A stretch of 41,767 bases of DNA from a virus (lineage: Duplodnaviria; Caudoviricetes): positions 1 to 41,767 of the IMG/VR virus record IMGVR_UViG_3300027707_001276. One strand, given 5' to 3'. The notes below the pieces were generated by a model, which was given only the letters and a program-made list of their open reading frames with translations, made no database searches and was not told where the DNA came from. A program made the position numbers and the translations under genes. Positions 18,324-28,364 of this stretch are shown here, one piece after another (position 1 is the first letter of the stretch; the number at the start of each line of letters is the position of its first letter).

Positions 18324-19575
18324 GACGTTCTGTCCATTACCGTTCGTACATCTAGCCACTCGCCCCAACGGTGATGTTCGAGTATGTTGCACAGCCAATG
18401 CTAGTGGTGCTGGCATGGATGATAACAAAGGCGCTGGGTTAGTTACTGAGGACGGGGTTAACATGAACCTACGAGAACATACCATTGGACAGGTGTGGAA
18501 CAGCAAGTTTATGAGAGATACTCGATTACAGTTATTAAACGATCAAGTGCCTACCAGTTGTACTAAATGTTTTCAAGAAGAAGCCAATGGCATTACTAGT
18601 AAGCGACAATGGGAAACAGAAGTCTGGAATGAACAAATAGACATGGATAACATTGTTAGCACTACTGCCGAGGATGGATCTTTACCAGTTAGTATACCTT
18701 ATTTTGATCTGCGTCTAGGTAACTTGTGTCAATTGAAATGTGTTATGTGTAGTCCACATGACAGTTCAAGCTGGATTAAAGATTGGAAATTACAATACCC
18801 TAAGTACAAGTCCATCGAGTTAAAGCAAGATCAAGGTTGGGATAGCAAGTACGATTATACCTGGTATCAAAAGGGCAACTTCTTAGACACAATGAAAGAG
18901 CAAGCACAGTTTATCAAAGAATTGTACTTCGCTGGCGGGGAACCGCTGCTGATTCCAGAACACTATAAGATCTTACAGTTCATGGTCGACACTGGCAACG
19001 CTGGTAATTGCATGTTGCGCTATAACTCTAACGGATTAGAACTACCAGAAAAGTTATTAGAACTATGGAGTCATTTTAAAGAAGTTAGATTTAACTTTAG
19101 CATTGACGCAGTAGGTGATAAGAATCATTACATTCGCTATCCTAGTGACTGGAATACTATTGTGAAAAATTTGCACATACTAGACAACACTCCAGACAAT
19201 ATCATAGTTAACATTGCCTGCGCAGTTCAGTTACTAAACATAATGTACTTGCCAGAGTTAGCAAAATGGAAGATATCACAGAACTTTGAGAAGGTTCACA
19301 TGCATCCAAAGACCAATGGTGATATAGGTACCCATCTAGTATACTTTCCAAGTTACTTAAATATTCGTGTATTGCCTGCGGAGTTAAAAGAATTAGCTGC
19401 TAAAAATATTCGACAGTTTACAGACAACCCTCGATGGTTAGGCTTTATTGATTATATGATGCAGGAAGATTGGAGTTCTAAGTTACCTAGTACTATAGAA
19501 TATTTAGAAACCTGCGACACAACTCGCGGAACCAACTTCCGCTCGGTGTTTCCTGAATTGAATAAATTGGCATAG
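18316..19575 (+). CDS. radical SAM protein with an N-terminal twitch-like domain
   Basis: CPLPF...RVCC...CTKC, then DLRLGNLCQLKCVMC, AGGEP, YNSNG. Confidence 0.9.
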   Translation: MSKTFCPLPFVHLATRPNGDVRVCCTANASGAGMDDNKGAGLVTEDGVNMNLREHTIGQVWNSKFMRDTRLQLLNDQVPTSCTKCFQEEANGITSKRQWETEVWNEQIDMDNIVSTTAEDGSLPVSIPYFDLRLGNLCQLKCVMCSPHDSSSWIKDWKLQYPKYKSIELKQDQGWDSKYDYTWYQKGNFLDTMKEQAQFIKELYFAGGEPLLIPEHYKILQFMVDTGNAGNCMLRYNSNGLELPEKLLELWSHFKEVRFNFSIDAVGDKNHYIRYPSDWNTIVKNLHILDNTPDNIIVNIACAVQLLNIMYLPELAKWKISQNFEKVHMHPKTNGDIGTHLVYFPSYLNIRVLPAELKELAAKNIRQFTDNPRWLGFIDYMMQEDWSSKLPSTIEYLETCDTTRGTNFRSVFPELNKLA

Positions 19576-20095
19576 CATATGCATTGCCATTGTGATAGAC
19601 CTTGACAAACTTGACAGCATTGCCTGAAGCATTCACAATTTCATCAGTTATACATAATGAACCAGTTTCGATGTTACCTGCAACTTTAAGGTTGCCGGCT
19701 GAATCTAAAACCACTTTAACCTTTAGTGTGTGGTCATTAGCAACTGCCAACAACAGCTCAGACGATCCTAGAGTAGAACCAACTTTAAAGATTGCACTAC
19801 CGATTAACGGAGTTTCTTCTGTAGAGTATCCTAGGCTAGAACCTTGTTTTATTCGAGCATAGATCTGTAAGCCGCCCAAAATGTCGTTGGTTTCAACAGG
19901 TAGTTTGTTTTCCTGTGTTCCTCTAGATTTAGTCACACCTATATAAATGGGCCAGTCGCCTTCTCCAGCACCATCAACATACAGTGTTTGACTGTTATCT
20001 GAAGATTGAACAATGACGTTGCCTTCGCTGAATATATGAAGGGGCTCGAAACTTTGTTCAGGTCCACAAACAATCTCTTTGTTTAGTAAACTCAT
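19493..20095 (-). CDS. hypothetical protein resembling a tail-fibre domain
   Basis: KSRGT...NDILGGLQI...LDSAGNL; preceded by TATAAATA and a GAGGT RBS; ATG at 20095. Confidence 0.6.
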   Translation of the reverse strand: MSLLNKEIVCGPEQSFEPLHIFSEGNVIVQSSDNSQTLYVDGAGEGDWPIYIGVTKSRGTQENKLPVETNDILGGLQIYARIKQGSSLGYSTEETPLIGSAIFKVGSTLGSSELLLAVANDHTLKVKVVLDSAGNLKVAGNIETGSLCITDEIVNASGNAVKFVKVYHNGNAYAMPIYSIQETPSGSWFRELCRRFLNIL

Positions 20096-20118
20096 TAAAT
20101 ACCTCACAGCTATTTATA
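20095..20118. promoter_or_regulatory. divergent late-type promoter pair
   Basis: Plus TTAAATA at 20095-20101; minus TATAAATA at 20118-20111. Confidence 0.6.
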
Positions 20119-20119
20119 A

Positions 20120-20881
20120 ATGAAAAAATTTTACTGGATCCATAAAGATTACCAAAACGAAAGCCTTAACAATTTGGCTCGTAGATTGGTTGAATATAAC
20201 ACCGCCGATTTGTTATCGAATGGGTACGACGTCTTTTATACTGACACGATTCCTACAGACGGATCAGAGTACGAGTACTCCGGCAAACTAGCGGTGGGTA
20301 ATTTTAACATGGACTATTCTGTTGCAGATATTCCGGTTATAAATGACATGTTTAATTATAATCTTTACTTTCCAACAAACACGCAAGATCCTTTAAGAAT
20401 ACCTGTAGATGTTAAGGGAACATTTGATTGTCTTGTATCGTTGGGTGCTGGCAACATGATCGAAACAACGCCTACAGCCATTGGCCTACAGGGTTTCAAT
20501 CATTATGTCATTGACATTAGCCCAACCGCTATTCATAAAAGCATGGGTCTGTACAAAGAAATATCAAAAGAGTTTATTCAGCTAGATATTTTTAACACAG
20601 ATGCAGTTACGAATTTCTTAAAAACATGCAAAGGATCTAGAGGCTTCTGGGTAGTTAGTAATTGTTTCAACTACACCGTTAACTCATTGATATATGATGT
20701 CAAGCTGAGATTTAAATTGCAACAACAGTTTCTTGAAGCACTAGCCAACGACACCAACATCGAATGGTATGTGTCAATTTTTACAGCGGATGGCGGCGAT
20801 TATCATTGTGCTCGTGCTTCCGATATATTAGCAAAACAATTTGATAAACGATTCGAGGTCCTTCCGTGGATAAAGCAGTAA
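20120..20881 (+). CDS. hypothetical protein, possible methyltransferase-like fold
   Basis: SLGAG, VIDISP, IQLDIF patterns only. Confidence 0.5.
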   Translation: MKKFYWIHKDYQNESLNNLARRLVEYNTADLLSNGYDVFYTDTIPTDGSEYEYSGKLAVGNFNMDYSVADIPVINDMFNYNLYFPTNTQDPLRIPVDVKGTFDCLVSLGAGNMIETTPTAIGLQGFNHYVIDISPTAIHKSMGLYKEISKEFIQLDIFNTDAVTNFLKTCKGSRGFWVVSNCFNYTVNSLIYDVKLRFKLQQQFLEALANDTNIEWYVSIFTADGGDYHCARASDILAKQFDKRFEVLPWIKQ

Positions 20882-21627
20882 CTGATTTCTTTAACGCTAA
20901 TAAAGATATAGAACACAATAAAGATGTTTTGCCACCTCCTGCTGAATTTTTAAATCTAGAGTCGGACCAAACAGTAACTAATTTCTTTAAGTGGATTCGA
21001 CATAGTAGTCAATGTAAATCTTTAATGTTGGATACCAACACCGACACATCTGAAATTAAACAAGAATTAAAAACTAGAGCATCTCTAGCAATACCACATC
21101 GTGAGCACCCTACATGGAAATCTATAACCTTGTATGGTTATTCATCTATTATGACCAACTCATATGAACAGTATAAACTAGACGGATTAATAACAGACGA
21201 TGATATTACTGACTGGACAGATGTGAGTAGATTTTTTCCAAAGACTGTTACATGGTTGAAAGCAACTTGTCCGTTAAAAGAATTTTCTAGAATACGAGTA
21301 ATGGTATTAGAACCAGGTGGGAGCACAACCCCACACAAAGACTATGAGATGGGTCAGGCATTATGCGGCCCCATCAATGTGGCAATATCAAATCCACCTG
21401 GGTCGGAATTTGTTTTAGAAAACGGTGGTATAGTTCCTTGGCAAGAAGGAGATTTTAGATCAATGGATCTCGGAAGCGTACATTGCATTAGAAACTTAGG
21501 CAACGAGCCTAGGATACACTTAATCATAACACCAGCTAAGACAGATTGGGATATAGATGCCATGCGTCTTGCCTGTAGAAGTTTTATAAAATATCAAAGA
21601 GAAAGAGATGACATACGAAGAAATTGA
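20866..21627 (+). CDS. Asp/Asn beta-hydroxylase-like 2OG-Fe(II) oxygenase
   Basis: LEPGGSTTPHKD...HCIRN...RIHLII; GTG start with GAGG RBS. Confidence 0.82.
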   Translation: MDKAVTDFFNANKDIEHNKDVLPPPAEFLNLESDQTVTNFFKWIRHSSQCKSLMLDTNTDTSEIKQELKTRASLAIPHREHPTWKSITLYGYSSIMTNSYEQYKLDGLITDDDITDWTDVSRFFPKTVTWLKATCPLKEFSRIRVMVLEPGGSTTPHKDYEMGQALCGPINVAISNPPGSEFVLENGGIVPWQEGDFRSMDLGSVHCIRNLGNEPRIHLIITPAKTDWDIDAMRLACRSFIKYQRERDDIRRN

Positions 21628-22267
21628 AAGAGGACTGTTGTTTAACAGTCTTGCGAATATTGGCGACTTTATTAAATTAAAAATGTACGTAGATCCTGTT
21701 AAGCTAGAACAGGATCTAGAGCAATTTAAAGATAGTTGGTGTCCGTATAATGCAAAGAAAGATTTGCACAACAATCGTTGGGGGTTGCCGGTAACCAGTC
21801 ACACCGGTGATGTCATGGATAACTATCATCTTAATAGCTTTGGCTATATGCAGCAGTATCACGATGTCGAGATGAAGGAAGAAAACTTCAATACCCCGAC
21901 GCAGGTATATGATGCATTACCGCAGATACAATCGATCATTGATATGTTCAAGCCCGACATCGGGCGTGTACACTTTCTTAGGATAGGGGCAGGTGGGTTC
22001 TTTCCTCCCCATATTGATCACTTTGGTGCTTGTCCTGAATATGTCAGACTCATCACAATATTTGGTAAATGCAAACCAGAAAACTTTGTACAATTAATCA
22101 ACGGCAAAGCAACTTACTTTGATCCGGGATATTTTTATTGGGCTAACTTTCAACGTGAACATTCTGTATTCAGCTTCTCTGATCATGTGTATTCTCTAAT
22201 ACTCACAGTCAAGCTAACACAACGCACACACGATATTATTTTAAAGAATGGAATGAATGTTTCATAA
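21608..22267 (+). CDS. Asp/Asn beta-hydroxylase-like 2OG-Fe(II) oxygenase
   Basis: GGFFPPHID...NFQREHSVFS. Confidence 0.75.
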   Translation: MTYEEIERGLLFNSLANIGDFIKLKMYVDPVKLEQDLEQFKDSWCPYNAKKDLHNNRWGLPVTSHTGDVMDNYHLNSFGYMQQYHDVEMKEENFNTPTQVYDALPQIQSIIDMFKPDIGRVHFLRIGAGGFFPPHIDHFGACPEYVRLITIFGKCKPENFVQLINGKATYFDPGYFYWANFQREHSVFSFSDHVYSLILTVKLTQRTHDIILKNGMNVS

Positions 22268-23165
22268 ATTAACCTACTATGACAAGTCTAAAGAAGACTG
22301 GTTCCTAGTTAGCTGGACGCTGGGTAACAAGTGTAACTACAGATGCTCCTACTGTCCAACATTCCTCCACGATGGCAGTGCTGGATGGCCGGACTGGGAA
22401 ACAGTTAAGCATTTTGTAGAAAACTTTAACTTGCCCGATAAAGAGATTTGCTTTCGTATCAGTGGCGGCGAACCTACATATTGGAAACACTTTTTATCGT
22501 TAGCTAAACTAATTAAAGAAAAAGGCAATGTCTTTAGTTACCTAACCAATGGTAGTCAATCAGTTGAGTACTATCAGCAACTATCGAAGTACAGTGATGG
22601 AATGATACTAACTTATCATCACGAATATGCCAACATTGATCACTTTATAGATATTTTACAAAACGTTCCTGGCATGAAAGGTGTCAATGTAATGCTGACT
22701 CCGTCAAACTTTGAAACAACAGTGGCTATAGCAGAGCAGTTATTCAACGCTGCTGATAATGTAGCTGTATGGCCTAAGATAGTATTAGATAAGCAGGAAG
22801 GATCATTTACAAACAAGTCAGCAGAGTTTGCTGACGAACAGCGTAAGGTGCTTAAAGAATGGAAGTTCTTACGAGATCTGCCTGACCAAAAGTTGCATCG
22901 TGGAAAGATGCTGTTAGATGGTGAAGAAATAAGTGGCAATGAATTAATACTAACTGGAAAAAACAATCACAAGGGCTGGAAGTGCTGGGCTGGTCTAGAT
23001 GGCATAGGCATTGATCAATGGGGAGATATATACAGAAGTGATTGCCTTTATGGAGGCAAAATAGGAAATTTAGAAAGTTATCTATTACCTTCTGAACCAA
23101 TTGTGTGCGGTAACAACACATGTACTTGTTTAAGCGACGTTTATTTAAAGAAATCAAATGAATAA
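22257..23165 (+). CDS. radical SAM protein, paralog of 10879-11874
   Basis: WTLGNKCNYRCSYC, SGGEPT, TNG; C-terminal CWAG...C...CGNNTCTC. Confidence 0.9.
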   Translation: MFHKLTYYDKSKEDWFLVSWTLGNKCNYRCSYCPTFLHDGSAGWPDWETVKHFVENFNLPDKEICFRISGGEPTYWKHFLSLAKLIKEKGNVFSYLTNGSQSVEYYQQLSKYSDGMILTYHHEYANIDHFIDILQNVPGMKGVNVMLTPSNFETTVAIAEQLFNAADNVAVWPKIVLDKQEGSFTNKSAEFADEQRKVLKEWKFLRDLPDQKLHRGKMLLDGEEISGNELILTGKNNHKGWKCWAGLDGIGIDQWGDIYRSDCLYGGKIGNLESYLLPSEPIVCGNNTCTCLSDVYLKKSNE

Positions 23166-24471
23166 AATTATAACAGTTAAAGATTATACAAAAAATTTAA
23201 AATTAGGAAGACCAGAATTAGATGGTCAAGCTATGTGTGCAAACAAATGGACGTTTTTATCTGTGCATTTTGATGCGGGTATAATTAAGAATTGTTGTAA
23301 TGTTCCTGCAAAACCTATAAGTTCTGATGATTTATTAAAATATGACACAGATGTTTTTTTTAATACACCGTATGAGTTGGAAAGAAGGCAAGAAAAATTA
23401 GATAACGTAAAGCATTCAGACTGTGCTAGTTGTTGGACTTGCGAAGAAAAAGGCGTTAGAAGTCAGCGTAAACCCGAGCCGTTTTATGAAGCTCACCGAT
23501 CTCGATTTAATGTTCCTAGAGGAACCGAAGCATTGCCGACTTTCTTAGAATTATATTTTAATAATACCTGTGATTTAAAATGTGTGTATTGCAATGATTT
23601 GTCAAGTTCTCAATGGGCAACAGAATTAAAAAAATACAACGAATTGTCTTTAAATTACAAAGACACCACTGACGGAAAACTTAAAGAAATTTTTTATCAA
23701 TGGTTTGAAACAGAAGGTTGCCAGAATATTTTAAATTACAGTATACTAGGCGGCGAACCTTTGATACAATCTGAATTCCACGAGTTTGTGGAATATTTGT
23801 TAGTGCTGATGGAGAAGAATCCAAACAGACATAAAATTAAACCAGAACTCACAGTGTTTACCAACGGCAACACTCCTACCAAATACATGGATAGATGGCT
23901 GTTGTTATTAGATCGACTACATAATCACGTATCCGTAAGGATAGAATTTAGTAATGAAAGTACCGGGGCTCGATCAGAGTTTATTAGATCAAACTTAAAC
24001 TGGAATACGTTTGAATCAAATGTTAACAGAACTATCATAGCAACAAAAGGTAAAGATATTCGAATTAGATTTGCCTGCACACACAATGTTTTAAGTATTG
24101 CTAGATTTATCGATTTTTTAAAATGGGTCAATGATCTGCAGATTACTCACGGAGTTGAAATAGAATTTGGATCTAATGGTGTTGTGCAACCTAGCTATCT
24201 GTCGACTTGGAATTTAACAGAAGATTATAAAAGTTCTATTACAGAAGCTATTGATTGGATTAATCAAACAGTCCCAAGTTGGAAGGAATATTCTGAATAT
24301 CTTTCAACAATTAGAGATGGCCTAGGAAAATATAACACAGACGATCTTATTTCTATTCCGGCGTTTGTAGAAAGAATGAAAGAACGCAGAGGGTTAGACT
24401 TTGCCACTACCTTCCCTGAATTACAGAATTGGTATAAATTCTGCAACGAAGTCGCAGCCAAGGGCAAATAA
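23158..24471 (+). CDS. radical SAM protein with an N-terminal twitch-like domain
   Basis: CANKW...CC...CASCWTC, then FNNTCDLKCVYC, LGGEP, TNG. Confidence 0.9.
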   Translation: MNKIITVKDYTKNLKLGRPELDGQAMCANKWTFLSVHFDAGIIKNCCNVPAKPISSDDLLKYDTDVFFNTPYELERRQEKLDNVKHSDCASCWTCEEKGVRSQRKPEPFYEAHRSRFNVPRGTEALPTFLELYFNNTCDLKCVYCNDLSSSQWATELKKYNELSLNYKDTTDGKLKEIFYQWFETEGCQNILNYSILGGEPLIQSEFHEFVEYLLVLMEKNPNRHKIKPELTVFTNGNTPTKYMDRWLLLLDRLHNHVSVRIEFSNESTGARSEFIRSNLNWNTFESNVNRTIIATKGKDIRIRFACTHNVLSIARFIDFLKWVNDLQITHGVEIEFGSNGVVQPSYLSTWNLTEDYKSSITEAIDWINQTVPSWKEYSEYLSTIRDGLGKYNTDDLISIPAFVERMKERRGLDFATTFPELQNWYKFCNEVAAKGK

Positions 24472-25578
24472 GAACTGCTTTTTAGTTTGAATTTCGTAGG
24501 CAACGGTCCATGCTCTGCCTTGATACTCGATCGGTCGTCCTAACACGTGGTCTCTATAATATCGACTATGGATAATGTTGCCTTCTTTATCAAGTACAAT
24601 CAACGGAATTGCTGGTGAGCCAGATGGAAAGAATACTGCATTGTTCTCGAAGGCAATACCGCTTCTAAAACGATATTTTCCACCAAAGTTTAATTTTTCA
24701 TCAAGATTAAAAGTTTTACTTTTATCAGTATCACAATTATACACAAGTCCGTAGTTGCTTGTACACTGACTCTTGTCACCATATGGTAGAGCAATGATAG
24801 TGTCGTCAACCAATATTCCGCAATTAAACTTTTTAAAGAATACTGGAATATCAATCTGTTGCAACCTGTATGTGTTTGTATCAGTGTCAACGATTAACAC
24901 TTGATCTAAATGTCCGTTCTGACCAAACGGTAATGCGTAAAGCATGTTTCCTCTGACAATAAAATCAGTATATTTTCTTAGTATATGTTTCTGCTCAAAC
25001 TCTACAGGATACGTTACAATATCAGTGCCATCGAATGAAACAACATTTATGTATCCTTCGGTATCACCCCTAGGTGGACTCCAGAATCTGCCATTGCAAT
25101 AGACAGTGCCCATGTGCATCTTTCTATGACCGTACGTATTGAAATCATGCAAGGCAACCTTGTCATCTTTGATATGGATGGCGAATGCAGTATCCTCATA
25201 ACCTAAAGGAAAACTAAATCCTTGAGCACCATCACTAGCAAGACTATAAAACTGACCTTTGCCTGGTTTGTCTATTGCATGGTAGATAGGCTGGTTGTTT
25301 TTTATTTGTAATATAGTATGGAAGTTATCAAATATACCGTAAGGTATTGTCCATATACTATCGCCTATGCTGCACATACCATTAAACTTGCTTGTTGCCT
25401 GCGGTAGGTCTAAGTCTAAGAAATCAAACTTACCATCTTTGTAGAACATAAACTTGTTATAGTTTTTGCATTTATCTGTGCAAAACGGCGGGCTTACTAG
25501 GTAATCGCCGTGTTGGTGCAGTACAAGATGTTTAATCTCAGACTCTCTGTAAAAGTCTTCAAATGCTTTATACCCCAT
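24421..25578 (-). CDS. beta-propeller-like repeat protein
   Basis: Recurrent units of about 50 aa: IWTIPYG, GFSFPLG, FWSPPRG, LYALPFG, IIALPYG, AVFFPSG. Confidence 0.65.
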   Translation of the reverse strand: MGYKAFEDFYRESEIKHLVLHQHGDYLVSPPFCTDKCKNYNKFMFYKDGKFDFLDLDLPQATSKFNGMCSIGDSIWTIPYGIFDNFHTILQIKNNQPIYHAIDKPGKGQFYSLASDGAQGFSFPLGYEDTAFAIHIKDDKVALHDFNTYGHRKMHMGTVYCNGRFWSPPRGDTEGYINVVSFDGTDIVTYPVEFEQKHILRKYTDFIVRGNMLYALPFGQNGHLDQVLIVDTDTNTYRLQQIDIPVFFKKFNCGILVDDTIIALPYGDKSQCTSNYGLVYNCDTDKSKTFNLDEKLNFGGKYRFRSGIAFENNAVFFPSGSPAIPLIVLDKEGNIIHSRYYRDHVLGRPIEYQGRAWTVAYEIQTKKQFLFALGCDFVAEFIPIL

Positions 25579-26797
25579 TTAGATTTATCTTTTTAATTAC
25601 AGTTTCAGTTTCAGTATCAAACACTAATATGTCTTGGAAGCCTTCACTCTCCCCGTATGGAAAAGCAAAGATTTTATCATCTACCATAACACAACTATTA
25701 TATTTTTCAATAGTGGTTGAGTCTTTGTAATGCTCACTCACATCAACGGTATACGTGCTGTCGTCCTTGGTATCAATAACCAATACTTCCGTTAAGTCTC
25801 CAAACGTTTTCCAAGTTGATTCGGGCTCGCACACACAGCCACCTCGAGGAATGAAGTATATCTTACCTTGACTATTCTCGCCGCCCGCAAAATACTTTTT
25901 ACTTTCTTTGGCAATACCCAACTCCTTAATAGTCACGCTGTCGGTAGTGCCATCGATGATCATTAACTCGCTCCAGTCTTCGTCGTGTCCTGCTGGGGGG
26001 AAGTAGATCTTACCGTTCTTGGATATTAGATTACTGTAGTACTTTCTGCTAGTTGCAGTTTGCCCTGTATGAGAGTAGACCCACACACCATCGACGAACA
26101 TGCCCATTAAGTCAAAGTTGGGATTTCTACAGTAAGGCGGTGCATACAATTTGCCATTGTACTGCGCTAATGTTGTATACTTGGTGCCAGAGTAAGGAGT
26201 ATCATCTATATCAGTCCACAACGCACTTAGATCAACCAGCGTGTAATCTAGTGTCTTGCAGTTGTATTCTATTCTGTAAGGGAAGTAAGGCTTGGCGATT
26301 CGATCACCGCGTGGCATTGCATAAATTATGTCACCTAACAGTTGGCTAGTGTGCCACTTCTTTGTATCGTTGATCGGTAATTGTAGCTGTTGCTGAATTA
26401 CTGTCTCTGTAGTTAGATCAAAGATCAGCATGTGATCAAATTCTTCAATATCACCGTGCGGCAAAGAAAATATCTTATTGTCATAGATGTGCCCTATAAC
26501 GTATTTGCCGTGTCCAGCAGTTACTGAAAGCTCTACATAACTAATGTCGTCTGTTAATGTGTCAACGATTAGTATCTTGCTTTCGCCGTAGGGCAAAAAA
26601 TATATCTTATCTTGATGAGCGATCCCCCATATCCACTTTTCCACAGATGAATCAACAGTTATAGAAATCTTGTCTATTTGATAAGTGTGAGGATTTAGTT
26701 TAAGCATATAGTTGATGCTTTCATTTAATCCATACGGCGGCATGTATATCATACCGTTACTGCCTATAGCTGCGTAGCTAAATGATTGGGGAGTCAT
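25568..26797 (-). CDS. beta-propeller-like repeat protein, paralog of the downstream gene
   Basis: IYMPPYG, IYFLPYG, IFSLPHG, IYAMPRG, LYAPPY, IYFPPAG, IYFIPRG, IFAFPYG repeats. Confidence 0.7.
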   Translation of the reverse strand: MTPQSFSYAAIGSNGMIYMPPYGLNESINYMLKLNPHTYQIDKISITVDSSVEKWIWGIAHQDKIYFLPYGESKILIVDTLTDDISYVELSVTAGHGKYVIGHIYDNKIFSLPHGDIEEFDHMLIFDLTTETVIQQQLQLPINDTKKWHTSQLLGDIIYAMPRGDRIAKPYFPYRIEYNCKTLDYTLVDLSALWTDIDDTPYSGTKYTTLAQYNGKLYAPPYCRNPNFDLMGMFVDGVWVYSHTGQTATSRKYYSNLISKNGKIYFPPAGHDEDWSELMIIDGTTDSVTIKELGIAKESKKYFAGGENSQGKIYFIPRGGCVCEPESTWKTFGDLTEVLVIDTKDDSTYTVDVSEHYKDSTTIEKYNSCVMVDDKIFAFPYGESEGFQDILVFDTETETVIKKINLNGV

Positions 26798-27873
26798 GAT
26801 AGTGTGTCTATGCCTTCGAATAGTTTGCACAAGTGGCCGAAGTGATTAACATTCTTTGCCTGTGAAACAAGTTTTAGATGTTGTGGATTATTTCTAGCAA
26901 TCAGTTTCTTGCTAATACCTGCATCTAAAAACTGTGTACGTAGAAAGTCGTAGTCAAAATTTAACATGATATTTGTTATTTCTAAGTCATTTAGGGGAGC
27001 CCAGGTTAACGTATTTCCTAAATGCCAATGTTGATAATCAAACGAATTCCTTCCTAAAATAAACTCTTTAGCCTGATCTGCATTTAAATTTAATTCGTCA
27101 GCTTCTTTGTATGATTTTTGTTGTTTTGATCTTAGATAGTAATGGCTATGGTATAAATTAGAATTACTTCTAAGATCGTCTAGGATGTTCTCTCCATTAA
27201 TTTTTCCTAGCATGTATGCGTGTTGCGGTAATCGCAGCATCATTTCATCACCGTGGGTTCCTGATAACAAAATACTAGGATTAGTCCAATGATGTATATC
27301 ACGGTAAGCCCAATTATTTCCGATGTCTGCTCGATTGTAGCATACAAAATAATCCATATCTTTATGTTCATATGTGAGTAATTCGTATCTTTTTTTATGT
27401 TTAATTATGAACGAAATTAGTAAACTAATGTCTACTCCACCGGTAGGAAATAATTTTATAGGTAAGTCTGTTTCAAAGTTTTTTATCTTATCATCGAGGT
27501 AGTGGTATAGGTAATCAAATACTTCATTGTTAGTTAAATTTAAATTTCTAAATTTAGTAGAATACGAGTTTTTTAAAAACTTAACAGAATCGTTAAGTAG
27601 GCAAATACCATCGTTAGTGGCATACTGCATTTCGTAATTAAATAGATTGCTAATATTATCACAGTCATAATACACTGGAAATGATCTCTTTATGCTAGTA
27701 TCGATTTCAATACCCGACGATAGTAATTTAATTGTACACTGATTCTCCGATAATCCCTTGGATATTTGTTTCTCAGTAATTGTCCATCCGGTATCTAGAT
27801 CAATATGCAGATCGTTATGTTTAACATGTACTGGAAAGTTGTTATTTTGAATTCGACCAATATTAAAAAACAT
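26794..27873 (-). CDS. asparagine synthetase-like (N-type ATP pyrophosphatase) protein
   Basis: TGGVDI (cf. SGGxDS) and LSGTHGDE (cf. SGEGADE); no N-terminal Cys glutaminase nucleophile. Confidence 0.6.
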   Translation of the reverse strand: MFFNIGRIQNNNFPVHVKHNDLHIDLDTGWTITEKQISKGLSENQCTIKLLSSGIEIDTSIKRSFPVYYDCDNISNLFNYEMQYATNDGICLLNDSVKFLKNSYSTKFRNLNLTNNEVFDYLYHYLDDKIKNFETDLPIKLFPTGGVDISLLISFIIKHKKRYELLTYEHKDMDYFVCYNRADIGNNWAYRDIHHWTNPSILLSGTHGDEMMLRLPQHAYMLGKINGENILDDLRSNSNLYHSHYYLRSKQQKSYKEADELNLNADQAKEFILGRNSFDYQHWHLGNTLTWAPLNDLEITNIMLNFDYDFLRTQFLDAGISKKLIARNNPQHLKLVSQAKNVNHFGHLCKLFEGIDTLS

Positions 27874-28297
27874 ATAATTCCCCAAACGCAGATTTTAAGT
27901 CGGATGCTAATTTTTTATACACTTGGTCAATAGGGTGTGATCCTAGATTATCCCAATCAATCATTGTCATTTCATCTCCGTTAATTATAATATTACTCAA
28001 AGTCCAATCACCGTGATACACCGGTGTTGTTTCTAAAATTTGACTTAGACAAAAATTATGTATTTTCTCAACAAATTCCAAAGTATGTGGAAATTCACTT
28101 GCCGGTGTTCCTTCTACAACTTTAAATCGAATCCAGTTGTTTCCGTGTTCAAGTACATATCCCGGTAATAATAGATTTAAATCCTCTACATGTTTTTCAA
28201 TCCACACTGGATCTACATTATACCAAATCTTTTTATAACTATCCCCACAAAAATAGACAGCTCGTTGTTTTTCGTTGTTATATCGTATTAATTTCAC
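27863..28297 (-). CDS. minimal protein-kinase-like / phosphotransferase
   Basis: HGDWTLSNII...MIDWD catalytic motifs; 144 aa. Confidence 0.75.
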   Translation of the reverse strand: MKLIRYNNEKQRAVYFCGDSYKKIWYNVDPVWIEKHVEDLNLLLPGYVLEHGNNWIRFKVVEGTPASEFPHTLEFVEKIHNFCLSQILETTPVYHGDWTLSNIIINGDEMTMIDWDNLGSHPIDQVYKKLASDLKSAFGELYVF

Positions 28298-28313
28298 GGG
28301 AGTTTTAAATGCA

Positions 28314-28337
28314 ATAAATAGTTCACGAAGTATTTAA
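28314..28337. promoter_or_regulatory. divergent late-type promoter pair
   Basis: Plus ATAAATA at 28314-28320; minus TTAAATA at 28337-28331. Confidence 0.55.
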
Positions 28338-28364
28338 CTACTGTCTCGTTAGGAGAAACATATC

